Notes under the pieces: model-generated
The model's database searches: none
What the model saw: only the letters and a program-made list of their open reading frames with translations
Told to the model about the DNA's origin: nothing
Shown: piece after piece, positions 20,307-29,421 of the stretch
Numbering within the stretch: position 1 is the stretch's first letter
How the letters are laid out: every line of letters begins with the position of its first letter
Assembly: GCA_963794325.1 (NCBI GenBank)
Contig: CAWCDG010000004.1
Span: forward strand, 1,056,001-1,120,000
DNA length: 64,000 nucleotides
Direction of reading: 5' to 3'
DNA from: an uncultured delta proteobacterium
Lineage (GTDB): Bacteria; Desulfobacterota; Binatia; Binatales; Binataceae
Program-made: the position numbers and the translations under genes

Positions 20307-20328
20307 GTACCGAACATGCGACGAATCT

Positions 20329-20673
20329 TCAGATCTTGAGCTGGAGCAGGAATCCGATAACCAGCGCGTACAGGGTCAGCGCTTCGATGAATGCCAGGCC
20401 GAGCAGCATCGGGGTGAAAATCTGGCCGGCTGCGTTTGGATTGCGGCCGATCGATTCCATTGCCGATGCGGCCATGCGGCCTTGACCGAGCGCGCTGCCG
20501 AACGCTGCGATGCCGACGCCCAGGTTGGCGGCGAGTGCGATCAGTCCGACGCTCAGCGGCGACTGCGTCATGCGAACGACGGGGACCGCGGCCTCTTGTG
20601 CCATCGCGAGCAGCGGTGACGCCACGATTGCGAGCGCGACGATTCCCAGGACGTTGCCAATCTTTCGAACCAT
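20329..20673 (-). CDS. atpE: ATP synthase F0 subunit c
   Basis: GRNP loop, FIEAL ion-binding Glu; N-terminal signal-like extension. Confidence 0.95.
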   Translation of the reverse strand: MVRKIGNVLGIVALAIVASPLLAMAQEAAVPVVRMTQSPLSVGLIALAANLGVGIAAFGSALGQGRMAASAMESIGRNPNAAGQIFTPMLLGLAFIEALTLYALVIGFLLQLKI

Positions 20674-20793
20674 TCTCGTTCCTCCTTGTTTCGCGCGCCT
20701 CTAAGTTCCGGAACCGGCCGCCTCTCTTTCCTCTACCACCACAATTTCCGGGCGGAATCCCGGGCGCATGAAATCTCTATTAATTCTTTTCGG

Positions 20794-21489
20794 TTAATGT
20801 TCGTGCTCGACCGCGAGCCGCACGTAAGCCATCGACAGGATCATGAAGACCATCGCCTGGATGATGCATACGATCGAGCCGAGCGTCAGGAATGCCAGCG
20901 GGACAAACAACTTGGTCAAGCCGGTGAAGATGCCGAGCACCATGTGATCGGCAAACATATTCGCGTAAAGACGTACGCCGAGCGAAAACGGGCGGAACAG
21001 GTTGTCGGCGATCTCGATCATGAGCATGAGCGGCGCGATCGCGAGCATCGGGCCAAGGTAGGTGCCCAGGTAGCCGAGCACTCCGTTCGCCTTCATGCCC
21101 TGGTAAATGTAGTAGACGAAACAAATCGTGCCGAGCGCGAAAGTGAGGTCCGAGTCGGCGGTCGGAGGTTCCATCCCGGGAACGAGACCGAGAAAATTCG
21201 CCAGCAGAATGAACAGGAACAGCGTGCCGAAGAACGGAACGAATTGGCGATAGTGATGAAGCTGGGTGACTTCGGAAACGAAACCGTCGGCCCATTCGAC
21301 GATGGTCTCGGCGACCGAGCGCAATGTGATCCGGTCGTCGGGGACGACCGGGTCGTTGGCCGCTGCCAGGGAACGTCGCGCAAGGAGGCCGAAAATCAGC
21401 AGGATACCCATCACCAGCCAGGTGCCGATCAGCACCTCGGGGATTTTTCCGCCGCCGATCATTTCGAGAAAATTTATTGAGGTCTGCAA
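20794..21489 (-). CDS. atpB: ATP synthase F0 subunit a
   Basis: RPFSLGVRLYANM.ADH and IQA.VF..L motifs. Confidence 0.95.
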   Translation of the reverse strand: MQTSINFLEMIGGGKIPEVLIGTWLVMGILLIFGLLARRSLAAANDPVVPDDRITLRSVAETIVEWADGFVSEVTQLHHYRQFVPFFGTLFLFILLANFLGLVPGMEPPTADSDLTFALGTICFVYYIYQGMKANGVLGYLGTYLGPMLAIAPLMLMIEIADNLFRPFSLGVRLYANMFADHMVLGIFTGLTKLFVPLAFLTLGSIVCIIQAMVFMILSMAYVRLAVEHEH

Positions 21490-21513
21490 AAGATTATCTC
21501 CGACGCGGCAATC

Positions 21514-21903
21514 TTAGCTGGGGCCGCGGAGCGAAGCACGCCCGGTTTCAATAATTGCAGCGGTCATCTGAGTCAAGACTCCGAGCGCAAATCCTACCCC
21601 GTCAATGTTCGTGCGCCTGAAGATAAGAAAGACCAGGCCCACGACGATCAGCATCTTGAGCGGTATCGCCATCACGCCAAACCTGGCGGCGGCTCCTGAG
21701 ACACCGGCGCCGGCGGCCGCGAGGATCGCCGCTCCAAGAAGGCTGAGCACCCACAGATTCACGATCACGATCGCGCCACCGAGCAGGCATCCCACGGCGG
21801 CTGCGGTCGAGTCGAAATAAAAGAGAACGATCGCGGTGACGGCGACCAGAATTGCGTTCATCCGCTGAATCGCCGGGATGGTCGGGATCTGATCGTTGCG
21901 CAC
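21514..21903 (-). CDS. atpI: ATP synthase protein I
   Basis: Four-TM small protein directly upstream of atpB. Confidence 0.75.
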   Translation of the reverse strand: MRNDQIPTIPAIQRMNAILVAVTAIVLFYFDSTAAAVGCLLGGAIVIVNLWVLSLLGAAILAAAGAGVSGAAARFGVMAIPLKMLIVVGLVFLIFRRTNIDGVGFALGVLTQMTAAIIETGRASLRGPS

Positions 21904-21912
21904 GCGGGGTCG

Positions 21913-22128
21913 TTAACCTTGCGAAGTCGGGGGGATTTCCCGGGCGATCCTGATGACGGTCACGATTGAATGAATGAATCCCGCGAATGCGAGGATTCCG
22001 GTAAACCATGGCTCGGTGTTGAAATACATGTCGATGTAATGGCCCATGATGCCGCCGGCGATCGGCGACATCGGAATCTCGAGCGCCATCGCGAGCGGGC
22101 GCGCGTACTTTCCCTGGATCAGCGGCAA
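21913..22128 (-). CDS. AtpZ/AtpI-type small membrane protein
   Basis: G..ID.YF.TEPWF motif; position upstream of atpI. Confidence 0.75.
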   Translation of the reverse strand: MPLIQGKYARPLAMALEIPMSPIAGGIMGHYIDMYFNTEPWFTGILAFAGFIHSIVTVIRIAREIPPTSQG

Positions 22129-22148
22129 CGATGATTCCTCGTGGGCGA

Positions 22149-22418
22149 TCAGGTACCGAATCTTTCCGCAGCGCGAGCCTTCGCCTTCGCGGCTTCTTCG
22201 TCGCGATTTCTCGATGGCGCATTCGTCTCAAGCGAACGAAGAAGCGCGGCCGCAGTGCCCGCTATCTCGTCGATGGCGGCCATGAACGCTGTTTCGTTCG
22301 CCTTCGACGGTTTGTTGAAGCCGCTGATCTTCCGCACGAATTGAAGCGACGCGGCACGAACCTCTTCGTCGGTTACCGGCGGCTCGAAATTGAAAAGCGT
22401 TTTGATATTGCGGCACAT
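22149..22418 (-). CDS. DUF2277 family protein
   Basis: MCRNIKTLFNFEPP...AASLQFVRKISG. Confidence 0.85.
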   Translation of the reverse strand: MCRNIKTLFNFEPPVTDEEVRAASLQFVRKISGFNKPSKANETAFMAAIDEIAGTAAALLRSLETNAPSRNRDEEAAKAKARAAERFGT

Positions 22419-22477
22419 TGCTCTGACCTCGAGATCTTCAGAACTCTCAAACAGTGCAGAAAAACATTAGTCGGGTT

Positions 22478-23776
22478 TCATTTGGCTCGCGAGAGATCGC
22501 GGAGAGATTCCTCAGCGGCGGTGATCGTGCGGTCGATGTCGGCGTTGGTGTGTGCGGTGGAAAGAAACATAGCTTCGAACTGCGACGGTGGGATGTTGAT
22601 GCCGCGGGCAATCATGCCATGAAAAAATTTAGCGAACTTCGCCGAGTCGGACGTCCGAGCCTCGTCGGCATCGCGGACCCGTTCAGGGCCAAGGAACATC
22701 GTGAGCAAGCAGCCAGCTCGATTGATACATCCAGGCTGGCCGGTTTTTTTCAGAGCGGCGCGAAGTCCAGCTTCGAGTCGCGCACCGGCGTCGTCGAGCG
22801 CGGCATACGGATTGCTCTCCCTCAGAATGCGAAGTGTCTCGAGACCGGCGCGAACAGAAAGCGGATTTCCGGATAACGTTCCCGCCTGGTACACCGGACC
22901 AACCGGAGCGAGCAAGTCCATTATTTTTGCGGGCCCGGCAACTGCGCCGACCGGCATCCCGCCGCCGATTATTTTTCCGAGCATGATCAGGTCAGGCGCA
23001 ACGCCCATGTTTTCGGCAATCGAGCCGAAGCGGAGACGGAACCCGGATATAACTTCGTCACAGATTAGAAGCGCGCCATTGTTGTGCGCGATTTCGGCGA
23101 GCGCTTTCATCGAGCCTGCATCAGGATTGACGACGCCCATGTTGGCGGCGACCGGCTCGATGATCACGGCGGCGATTTTCTCGGGCGCGGCGCGGAATAG
23201 GCCTTCGACTGTCTCAATCGCGTTATATCGTGCAACCATCGTCATCGCGGCGATCGCCGGCGGAACTCCGCCGCTGTCGGGTTGACCAAGAGTCATCCCG
23301 CCGGAACCCGCGCGCACCAGCATCGAGTCGCTATGACCGTGATAGCATCCGTCAAACTTGATTATGTTCGGGCGTCCGGTCGCCGCGCGTGCGAGCCTGA
23401 TCGCGGTGAGGCCGGCCTCAGTTCCCGACGTCACCAATCTGACCTTTTGTGCACATTCGATCGCCGACGAGATCAATTCAGCGAGCTCGACCTCGAGCCG
23501 GGTTGGAGCGCCGAAACCCAAGCCCAGCCGCGCCTGTTCTGCGATCGCGTGGATGACGCGCGGATCAGCATGTCCGAGAATTGCAGGACCGTAAGAGCAG
23601 ACGTAGTCGAGAAAAGTGTTGCCGTCGGCGTCAGTTATTGTTGCACCGCTGCTACTCTCGATGAAAATTGGAGCAGCGCCGACGGCCTTCCACGCGCGCA
23701 CGGGAGAATTCACCGCACCAGGAATCTTAACACTGGCGCGGTGGAAGAGTTCATCTGATTTTTTGCGTGAGGTCAC
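22478..23776 (-). CDS. hemL: Glutamate-1-semialdehyde 2,1-aminomutase
   Basis: PGAVNSPVR, YHGHSD, LGKIIGGGMPVGA, YQAGTLSGNP; GTG start at 23776 inferred. Confidence 0.95.
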   Translation of the reverse strand: MTSRKKSDELFHRASVKIPGAVNSPVRAWKAVGAAPIFIESSSGATITDADGNTFLDYVCSYGPAILGHADPRVIHAIAEQARLGLGFGAPTRLEVELAELISSAIECAQKVRLVTSGTEAGLTAIRLARAATGRPNIIKFDGCYHGHSDSMLVRAGSGGMTLGQPDSGGVPPAIAAMTMVARYNAIETVEGLFRAAPEKIAAVIIEPVAANMGVVNPDAGSMKALAEIAHNNGALLICDEVISGFRLRFGSIAENMGVAPDLIMLGKIIGGGMPVGAVAGPAKIMDLLAPVGPVYQAGTLSGNPLSVRAGLETLRILRESNPYAALDDAGARLEAGLRAALKKTGQPGCINRAGCLLTMFLGPERVRDADEARTSDSAKFAKFFHGMIARGINIPPSQFEAMFLSTAHTNADIDRTITAAEESLRDLSRAK

Positions 23777-24268
23777 GGCGATTCCTTGAAAATTTCGTGT
23801 GCTGAAAAATTTTTTTTCAATCGCGAAGAAAAATTTGATCGCGCGGAGCGATCGCTGGACAAATGTGCTGCGAAGCGCAAAAAAGTGCGATCGCGCATGA
23901 TGGCTCCTAGAGCGGATTTGCGCGAACGCGCGATCGGCGTGAAATTTCGTGCGCATCGCGCGCGATCACTCGCGCGGGAAATTTCCTTTTCGATCCGCGC
24001 GCATAGCGACGAAAATTTTTCCGCGCTTGTCCTCTTCACGAAATAAGTTTATCACGTTCACTTGGCCGCACACTTCGTACTTGTAAGAACCAATTTCCAC
24101 TGAGCAGGTTCATCTCGCGGCGCGAGAGCTATGGCTTTGAAGCGCGTGTACATCGTTCGTATTTTCGATCAGATTTTTACACCTAACAGAACCGATCGTA
24201 GCCCGGATGAGTTGATAGCTCGGCGTGTTGTGCCGTCAAATTGTTGGTTGTAACGAAGGAAATTCCGC

Positions 24269-24300
24269 TTATCCACAGGTGTGGATAAGACTGTGCGTAA
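24269..24300. promoter_or_regulatory. DnaA boxes upstream of dnaA
   Basis: Perfect TTATCCACA (24269-24277), inverted TGTGGATAA (24280-24288), degenerate TGTGCGTAA (24292-24300). Confidence 0.9.
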
Positions 24301-24375
24301 TTCGCGCGGCTTTCGACGCCGCGCACTAGTTCGGGGGCGTCGCTTGGCTTCCGGTTTTGGTCAGGGGGAGACGAT

Positions 24376-25815
24376 ATGAATGGATTGTGGCAGCGGGCTG
24401 CTGACCGTATGCGTGATGAACTCGGTCAGGTCGGGTACGAGACGTGGATTGGACCTCTCAATTTTGTCGCGCATCAAGGATCGACCGTGACAGTTGAAGC
24501 GCCCAATCGATTTTTTCGCGATTGGATTAACGATCGTTATATGAGCCTGATGCGGTCGGCGCTGTCGGCGGAGGCCGGCGGCGAGATCGAAGTGCGGCTG
24601 ACGCTGGGCGAGAATGCGGCCGTCGTCGGTCCGCAGCAACGCCCAGCCAATGGTCATGCCAACGGCAACGGCCACGCGAATGGCAACGGCCACGCAAACG
24701 GCAATGGTCATGCAAACGGGAACGGCAAGGCGGTCGCGACAAGTCGTGCGACGGCAGCCGCTCCGCGTGGAGATCGGCATCCGACCCTGAACGCCCGCTA
24801 CAGTTTCGCGGAGTTCGTGGTGGGATCGGCCAATCAGTTCGCGCATGCGGCGGCGCAGGCGGTCGCCAACCAGCCGGGCGAAAAATACAACCCGCTCTTC
24901 ATCTATGGCGGGGTCGGCTTGGGCAAAACGCACCTGGTGACCGCGATCGGGCATCATATTTACGCCAGCGGCGAGCGGCCCAGGAAAGTGCTGTTCATGC
25001 CGGCCGAGATTTTCATGAATGAGCTGATCGGTTCGCTGCGCCGCGACAAGATGAACGAGTTCCGCGAGAAGTTCCGGCGGGTCGATACGTTGATCCTCGA
25101 CGACGTCCAGTTCCTGGCCGGACGCGAGCGCACTCAGGAAGAATTCTTCCATACCTTCAACGCGCTCCATGCCGAGCGCCATCAGATCATTCTGACGTCC
25201 GACAAGGTGCCGCGCGAAATCCCGGGACTCGAGGAGCGGCTGCGCAATCGCTTCGAGATGGGATTGATCGCGGATATCGCGCCGCCCGACCTCGAGACCC
25301 GCGTGGCGATCGTCCAGAAGAAGGCGGTGCTCGAAAATCTGCGGCTGACGCCGGAAGTCGCGATGTATATCGCGCAGAGTATTTCGTCGAACGTTCGCGA
25401 GCTCGAGGGATCCCTCACGCGGCTGGCGGCGCTGGCGTCGCTCAATCAATCGGCGATCACCGTGGACTTCGCGCGGCAGGCGCTGCAGGATTTGATTCGC
25501 CATCACGACGCAAAGCCCGACGTCGAATCGATTCAGAAGACGGTCGCGGATTTTTTCCATATCCGGCTGACGGATTTGAAGTCGAAGAAGCGCACCCAGC
25601 ACATCGCATTCTGCCGCCAGGTTGCGATGTATCTGTGCCGCAAGCTGACCGACAGCTCGTTTCCGACGATCGGCGAACATTTCGGGCGCGACCATTCGAC
25701 GGTGATTCACGCGTACAACCTGATCATGCGACGAGTCACCAGTGATTCGGCTTTTCGGCTCTCGATCGAGAAAATCGAGCGCGAGCTTAAATCGATCCGC
25801 GCAAATGCGGCGTGA
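24376..25815 (+). CDS. dnaA: Chromosomal replication initiator
   Basis: [32 protein letters not shown]. Confidence 0.99.
   Translation: MNGLWQRAADRMRDELGQVGYETWIGPLNFVAHQGSTVTVEAPNRFFRDWINDRYMSLMRSALSAEAGGEIEVRLTLGENAAVVGPQQRPANGHANGNGHANGNGHANGNGHANGNGKAVATSRATAAAPRGDRHPTLNARYSFAEFVVGSANQFAHAAAQAVANQPGEKYNPLFIYGGVGLGKTHLVTAIGHHIYASGERPRKVLFMPAEIFMNELIGSLRRDKMNEFREKFRRVDTLILDDVQFLAGRERTQEEFFHTFNALHAERHQIILTSDKVPREIPGLEERLRNRFEMGLIADIAPPDLETRVAIVQKKAVLENLRLTPEVAMYIAQSISSNVRELEGSLTRLAALASLNQSAITVDFARQALQDLIRHHDAKPDVESIQKTVADFFHIRLTDLKSKKRTQHIAFCRQVAMYLCRKLTDSSFPTIGEHFGRDHSTVIHAYNLIMRRVTSDSAFRLSIEKIERELKSIRANAA
24649..24727 (+). repeat. In-frame 18-bp tandem repeat encoding (NGHANG)x4 in DnaA domain II
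   Basis: aa(t/c)gg(t/c)ca(t/c)gcNaa(c/t)gg units with synonymous variation. Confidence 0.9.
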
Positions 25816-26055
25816 ATCGATTGTGGGGGAGGTTGTGGACGAGGGGAGCATAAGGTTGGAGCTATCGACAGGGCCGGTGCGCGCACGGCCGGCCCTGTCG
25901 GTCAGCCGCTTTTTCGCCGACAGCTTTTCAGCCGGCGATCGCCGTTCAATTTCAGGCGTTTGCAATCTCCATCAACAAATCCACAACTCCTACTATTACT
26001 GCTATTCTTTTTTAGAGATCTAAGATCCAGAAATAGGAAGACGGGCTAACAACTG
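25816..26055. other. Putative oriC unwinding region (DnaA boxes, DnaA-trios, T-rich tract)
   Basis: ccatcaacaAATCCACAactcCTACTATTACTGCTAttctttttt at 25969-26013; degenerate boxes at 25822, 25834, 25862. Confidence 0.75.
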
Positions 26056-27198
26056 ATGGGACTCGCAATCGAGCGCGCTTCGCTGCTTAGCGGTTTGGGA
26101 CTGGTCCAGGGCATCGTGGAACGGCGCACGACGGTTCCGATCCTCGGCCATGTTCTGCTTGAACCAAACAACAATGCGCTGATGCTCAGCGCCACCGATC
26201 TCGAAGTCGGAATCCGCACCCAAGTCGCGTGCAGCGGCAAGGAAAAAAGCTTGACGCTCAATGCGCGCAAGCTCTTCGAAATCGTGCGCGAGACCGAAGG
26301 CGATGAAGTCGCGCTGACGACGCTCGACGGCGATTGGGTCGAGCTGAAATGCGGCCGCGCAAAATTCAAAATGATGGGCCTCGATCCGCGCAGCTTCCCG
26401 GCAATGCCAAGTCAGAGCACCGGGAAGGATGCTGGAGCCGCTAAGAAACAACTCAAGGCCGAACTGGCGATTCCCGCGTCGGTGCTGGCGCAGATGATCG
26501 ACAAAACGATCTTCGCGGTCAGTCCCGATGAAGCGCGATACAATCTGAGCGGCGTGTACGTCGAGTCCAACGCCCCCGGGGCAGTCCGGATGGTCGCGAC
26601 CGATGGCCATCGCCTGGCGATGATCGAGCGCGAAGTGCCGGGATTCACGATGCCGAACGGCGCGATCATTCCACGAAAAGGACTCGCTGAACTGCGCAAA
26701 ATCCTGGACGTCGAAGGTGAAGCTGAAGTGCGGCTCAGCCTCGAAGGTCAGCTCGCATACCTGAAGCGCGGCTCGACCGAAGTCTCGATGCGGCTGGTCG
26801 AGGGCGAATTCCCCGACTACCGCGGCGTAATCCCCAAACAGTCGAAGTACAAAATCACGGTCAAGCGCGATCTGCTGTTCGCGGCAATCAAGCGCGCAGC
26901 GATTTTCTCGAGCGAGCGGTATCACGGCGTTAAATTCGCGATGTCAGCCGGGACGCTGACGGTTTCATCGACCAGTCCCGAAACCGGAGAAGCAAGCGAG
27001 TCGCTCGACGTCGATTTCAAGAGCGAAGAATTCGCGATCGGATTCAACGCATCATACGTGCAACAGGCGCTGGGAGTGATTCCGCAAGGCGCGGATTCGA
27101 CGGTGGAGCTCGGACTCAGCGACGACGTGAGCCCCGGCGTAATCAGGACTGAAACGGATCAGCAGTACACGTACGTCGTCATGCCGATGCGTCTGTAG
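26056..27198 (+). CDS. dnaN: DNA polymerase III beta clamp
   Basis: ATDLE, VATDGHRL, GEFPDY, VVMPMRL. Confidence 0.98.
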   Translation: MGLAIERASLLSGLGLVQGIVERRTTVPILGHVLLEPNNNALMLSATDLEVGIRTQVACSGKEKSLTLNARKLFEIVRETEGDEVALTTLDGDWVELKCGRAKFKMMGLDPRSFPAMPSQSTGKDAGAAKKQLKAELAIPASVLAQMIDKTIFAVSPDEARYNLSGVYVESNAPGAVRMVATDGHRLAMIEREVPGFTMPNGAIIPRKGLAELRKILDVEGEAEVRLSLEGQLAYLKRGSTEVSMRLVEGEFPDYRGVIPKQSKYKITVKRDLLFAAIKRAAIFSSERYHGVKFAMSAGTLTVSSTSPETGEASESLDVDFKSEEFAIGFNASYVQQALGVIPQGADSTVELGLSDDVSPGVIRTETDQQYTYVVMPMRL

Positions 27199-27221
27199 GG
27201 CGGGGACGGCGAATTCACTTT

Positions 27222-27569
27222 ATTGAATGTGAAACCCTTCGCGGGTTTCACGCTTCCGCGGCAGGGGTGACCCCTGCACCCAGTGTTAAGAGAAGATGCG
27301 GGGCTTCGCCCCTGTTAGAAGGGTTGAACGGCGGCGGGCCGCTCTTTTTCTTGTGTCATTCTAGAGCGAAAGCTGCTGTAGCGAAGAATCCCGGATCTTG
27401 AATTACCTCTCCCGCGGCTTACGACTTGGTCGTTAGCCGCACGCTGGGAGAGGTCGTCCGACGACATTTATGTTGTCGGGCGGGTGAGGGTGCTGGCATC
27501 AAGCTGAATGCGGGCGCCCTCACCCGCTCCTCGAAGACTCGGCGCGACCTCTCCCGAAGGGCGAGGTAA
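27222..27569. repeat. Mosaic repeat cluster: family A (27222-27320), family D (27353-27399), family C pair (27405-27568)
   Basis: Three A hairpins; gtcattc...agcgaagaatcccggatc; cctctccc...gggagagg / ccctcacccg...cctctccc. Confidence 0.85.
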
Positions 27570-29324
27570 TCAATTACCGATTCGGACCAGCACTACCTTG
27601 TTTCGGAAATTGTAATCGCTTTCCCACGGGTATGACGCTTCGCTGAGTTCGACCGTAGTCGGAGTGTCGAGCTTCGGCATGTCGCGGCGGCGGACGATCA
27701 TCCATTTGGCGTCGCCTTTCGCGATCGCATCCTGCAGGTCCTGCTTGTCATCCAACTCGGGGAGCGGCTTGGGTGGATTGAGATAGAACAGCGGCCCCTC
27801 GGTCTTATACAGAACGAGATGGTCGGTCGAGCCGCCAATCTTGTTCAACACCGCGTAGCCGAATGGCTTTTCGCCGCGGTACGCCTCCGCCGCCGGCATC
27901 GCGAAGATATATATGTAGGCCATCACGAGGTACGCGATGACGCCCATCGAAATCGCGACACGAAACGGGCTGAATTTGCGAATCGCGTAGATGACGGCTG
28001 CGACCGACACGATCCAGATCACAATGAACGGGAATTTGGCGGGCAATTCAGGGAGCGCGTCGTAGGGGCTCGGCAGAATCGCCCACGCAGGAATCAGCAG
28101 CACGATGCCAACGACGGCGGCAATTGCGACGATTGCGTAGCCGATGGTCAGCAGACGGCGGGCGATCATCGAGCGTAGCTCGCCCGGATATACGAGCGTT
28201 CGCGCGACGAGGATTGCCGCGGCGGGTAGAATCGGCAGGATGTAGTAACTGCGCCGCGATCCCGAGAGCGTGAAAAATATAAACGTCGCCCAGAAATATA
28301 CCAACGCAAATCGATCCGCGCGTGCCGGCTCGGCCTTGGCATGGCGCAAGGTGTGCGTCTCGACCAGCGCCGCAGGCAACAGCGCGGACCACGGCGCCAT
28401 CAGCCCGAAGATAACGTAAACGTATAAGTAGATGGGCCCGCGATGGTCGAACGGATGGAAAAACCGTACGACGTTCTCGCGGTAAACCATCGCGAGGCCT
28501 TTCTGCGTGCCCATCATGCGCGCCGAGATTTCGAACGGCAGGTAATACACGAAACCACCGAGTGCGATTCCGACGACGGTGTACCAATTGAAGAACCATC
28601 GATTGCGCTCGATCAGCCGTCGAATGCGATCGGCGAGAGAACCGCGCGAAATTTCCTGAAACAAGATTGCCCATCCGTCGCGCAGGCATGAGTACGCGCC
28701 TATCACCAGCAGCGGCAACGCGAATCCGAGCAGGCCTTTGGTGAGCGACGTGGCCGCCATGATCAGCCACAGGCCGACGACCCAGATTCCACCGCCACGA
28801 TCCTCGTTGTGACTGAAGAGCAGCAGCGCGGCGAGTTCGCCGGTGATCGTCTCTACGTCGGCGCTCGCATCGCGCGAAAAGAATACGAAGCTGAAGCTCG
28901 TCATGAGAATGACGCCGGCAAGTATCGCAGTGCGAGCGTCGTAGAGCCGTCGCACGAGAAGCATCAGCAGCATCACAGCGAGGAGTCCTGCGATGGCGCT
29001 GGGCAGGCGCGTGGCAGCTTCGTTGAGGCCTCCTGTGAACGGTGTCGAAAAAATTACCAGCCAGTACGAGCCGAGCGGCTTGTCGTAATAGACGTGGCCG
29101 TTGATGGTGGGCCAGAAGTAGTTGTGCGTGACGAGCATCTCGCGCGCAATTTCGGCCCATCGGAATTCCGAGGACCACAAGGCTCGAGCGCCGAGGCGGG
29201 CCAAGAAAAGGACGGCGCCAAAAATCAGGACGAGTCCGGCGCGGATGGGGAATCGCGAATCGTTGTCGTCGCCGGCCGGGACCTGCGATGCAGTCGAGCC
29301 GCGCGGTGTGGAAGCGGTGGCCAT
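27570..29324 (-). CDS. ArnT/PMT family (GT-C) glycosyltransferase
   Basis: E.RWAEIAREM, YYDKPL, RLPSA, LTKG, YILP..PA motifs; multiple TM helices. Confidence 0.88.
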   Translation of the reverse strand: MATASTPRGSTASQVPAGDDNDSRFPIRAGLVLIFGAVLFLARLGARALWSSEFRWAEIAREMLVTHNYFWPTINGHVYYDKPLGSYWLVIFSTPFTGGLNEAATRLPSAIAGLLAVMLLMLLVRRLYDARTAILAGVILMTSFSFVFFSRDASADVETITGELAALLLFSHNEDRGGGIWVVGLWLIMAATSLTKGLLGFALPLLVIGAYSCLRDGWAILFQEISRGSLADRIRRLIERNRWFFNWYTVVGIALGGFVYYLPFEISARMMGTQKGLAMVYRENVVRFFHPFDHRGPIYLYVYVIFGLMAPWSALLPAALVETHTLRHAKAEPARADRFALVYFWATFIFFTLSGSRRSYYILPILPAAAILVARTLVYPGELRSMIARRLLTIGYAIVAIAAVVGIVLLIPAWAILPSPYDALPELPAKFPFIVIWIVSVAAVIYAIRKFSPFRVAISMGVIAYLVMAYIYIFAMPAAEAYRGEKPFGYAVLNKIGGSTDHLVLYKTEGPLFYLNPPKPLPELDDKQDLQDAIAKGDAKWMIVRRRDMPKLDTPTTVELSEASYPWESDYNFRNKVVLVRIGN

Positions 29325-29421
29325 AGCAGCGAATTGTAACTGGCGCGCGCGATGCTCTGCCATACGGCGATTCGATCGGAATGACAGAGCGCGGAGAGGC
29401 AGATAGGATGAAGCGAGTATC

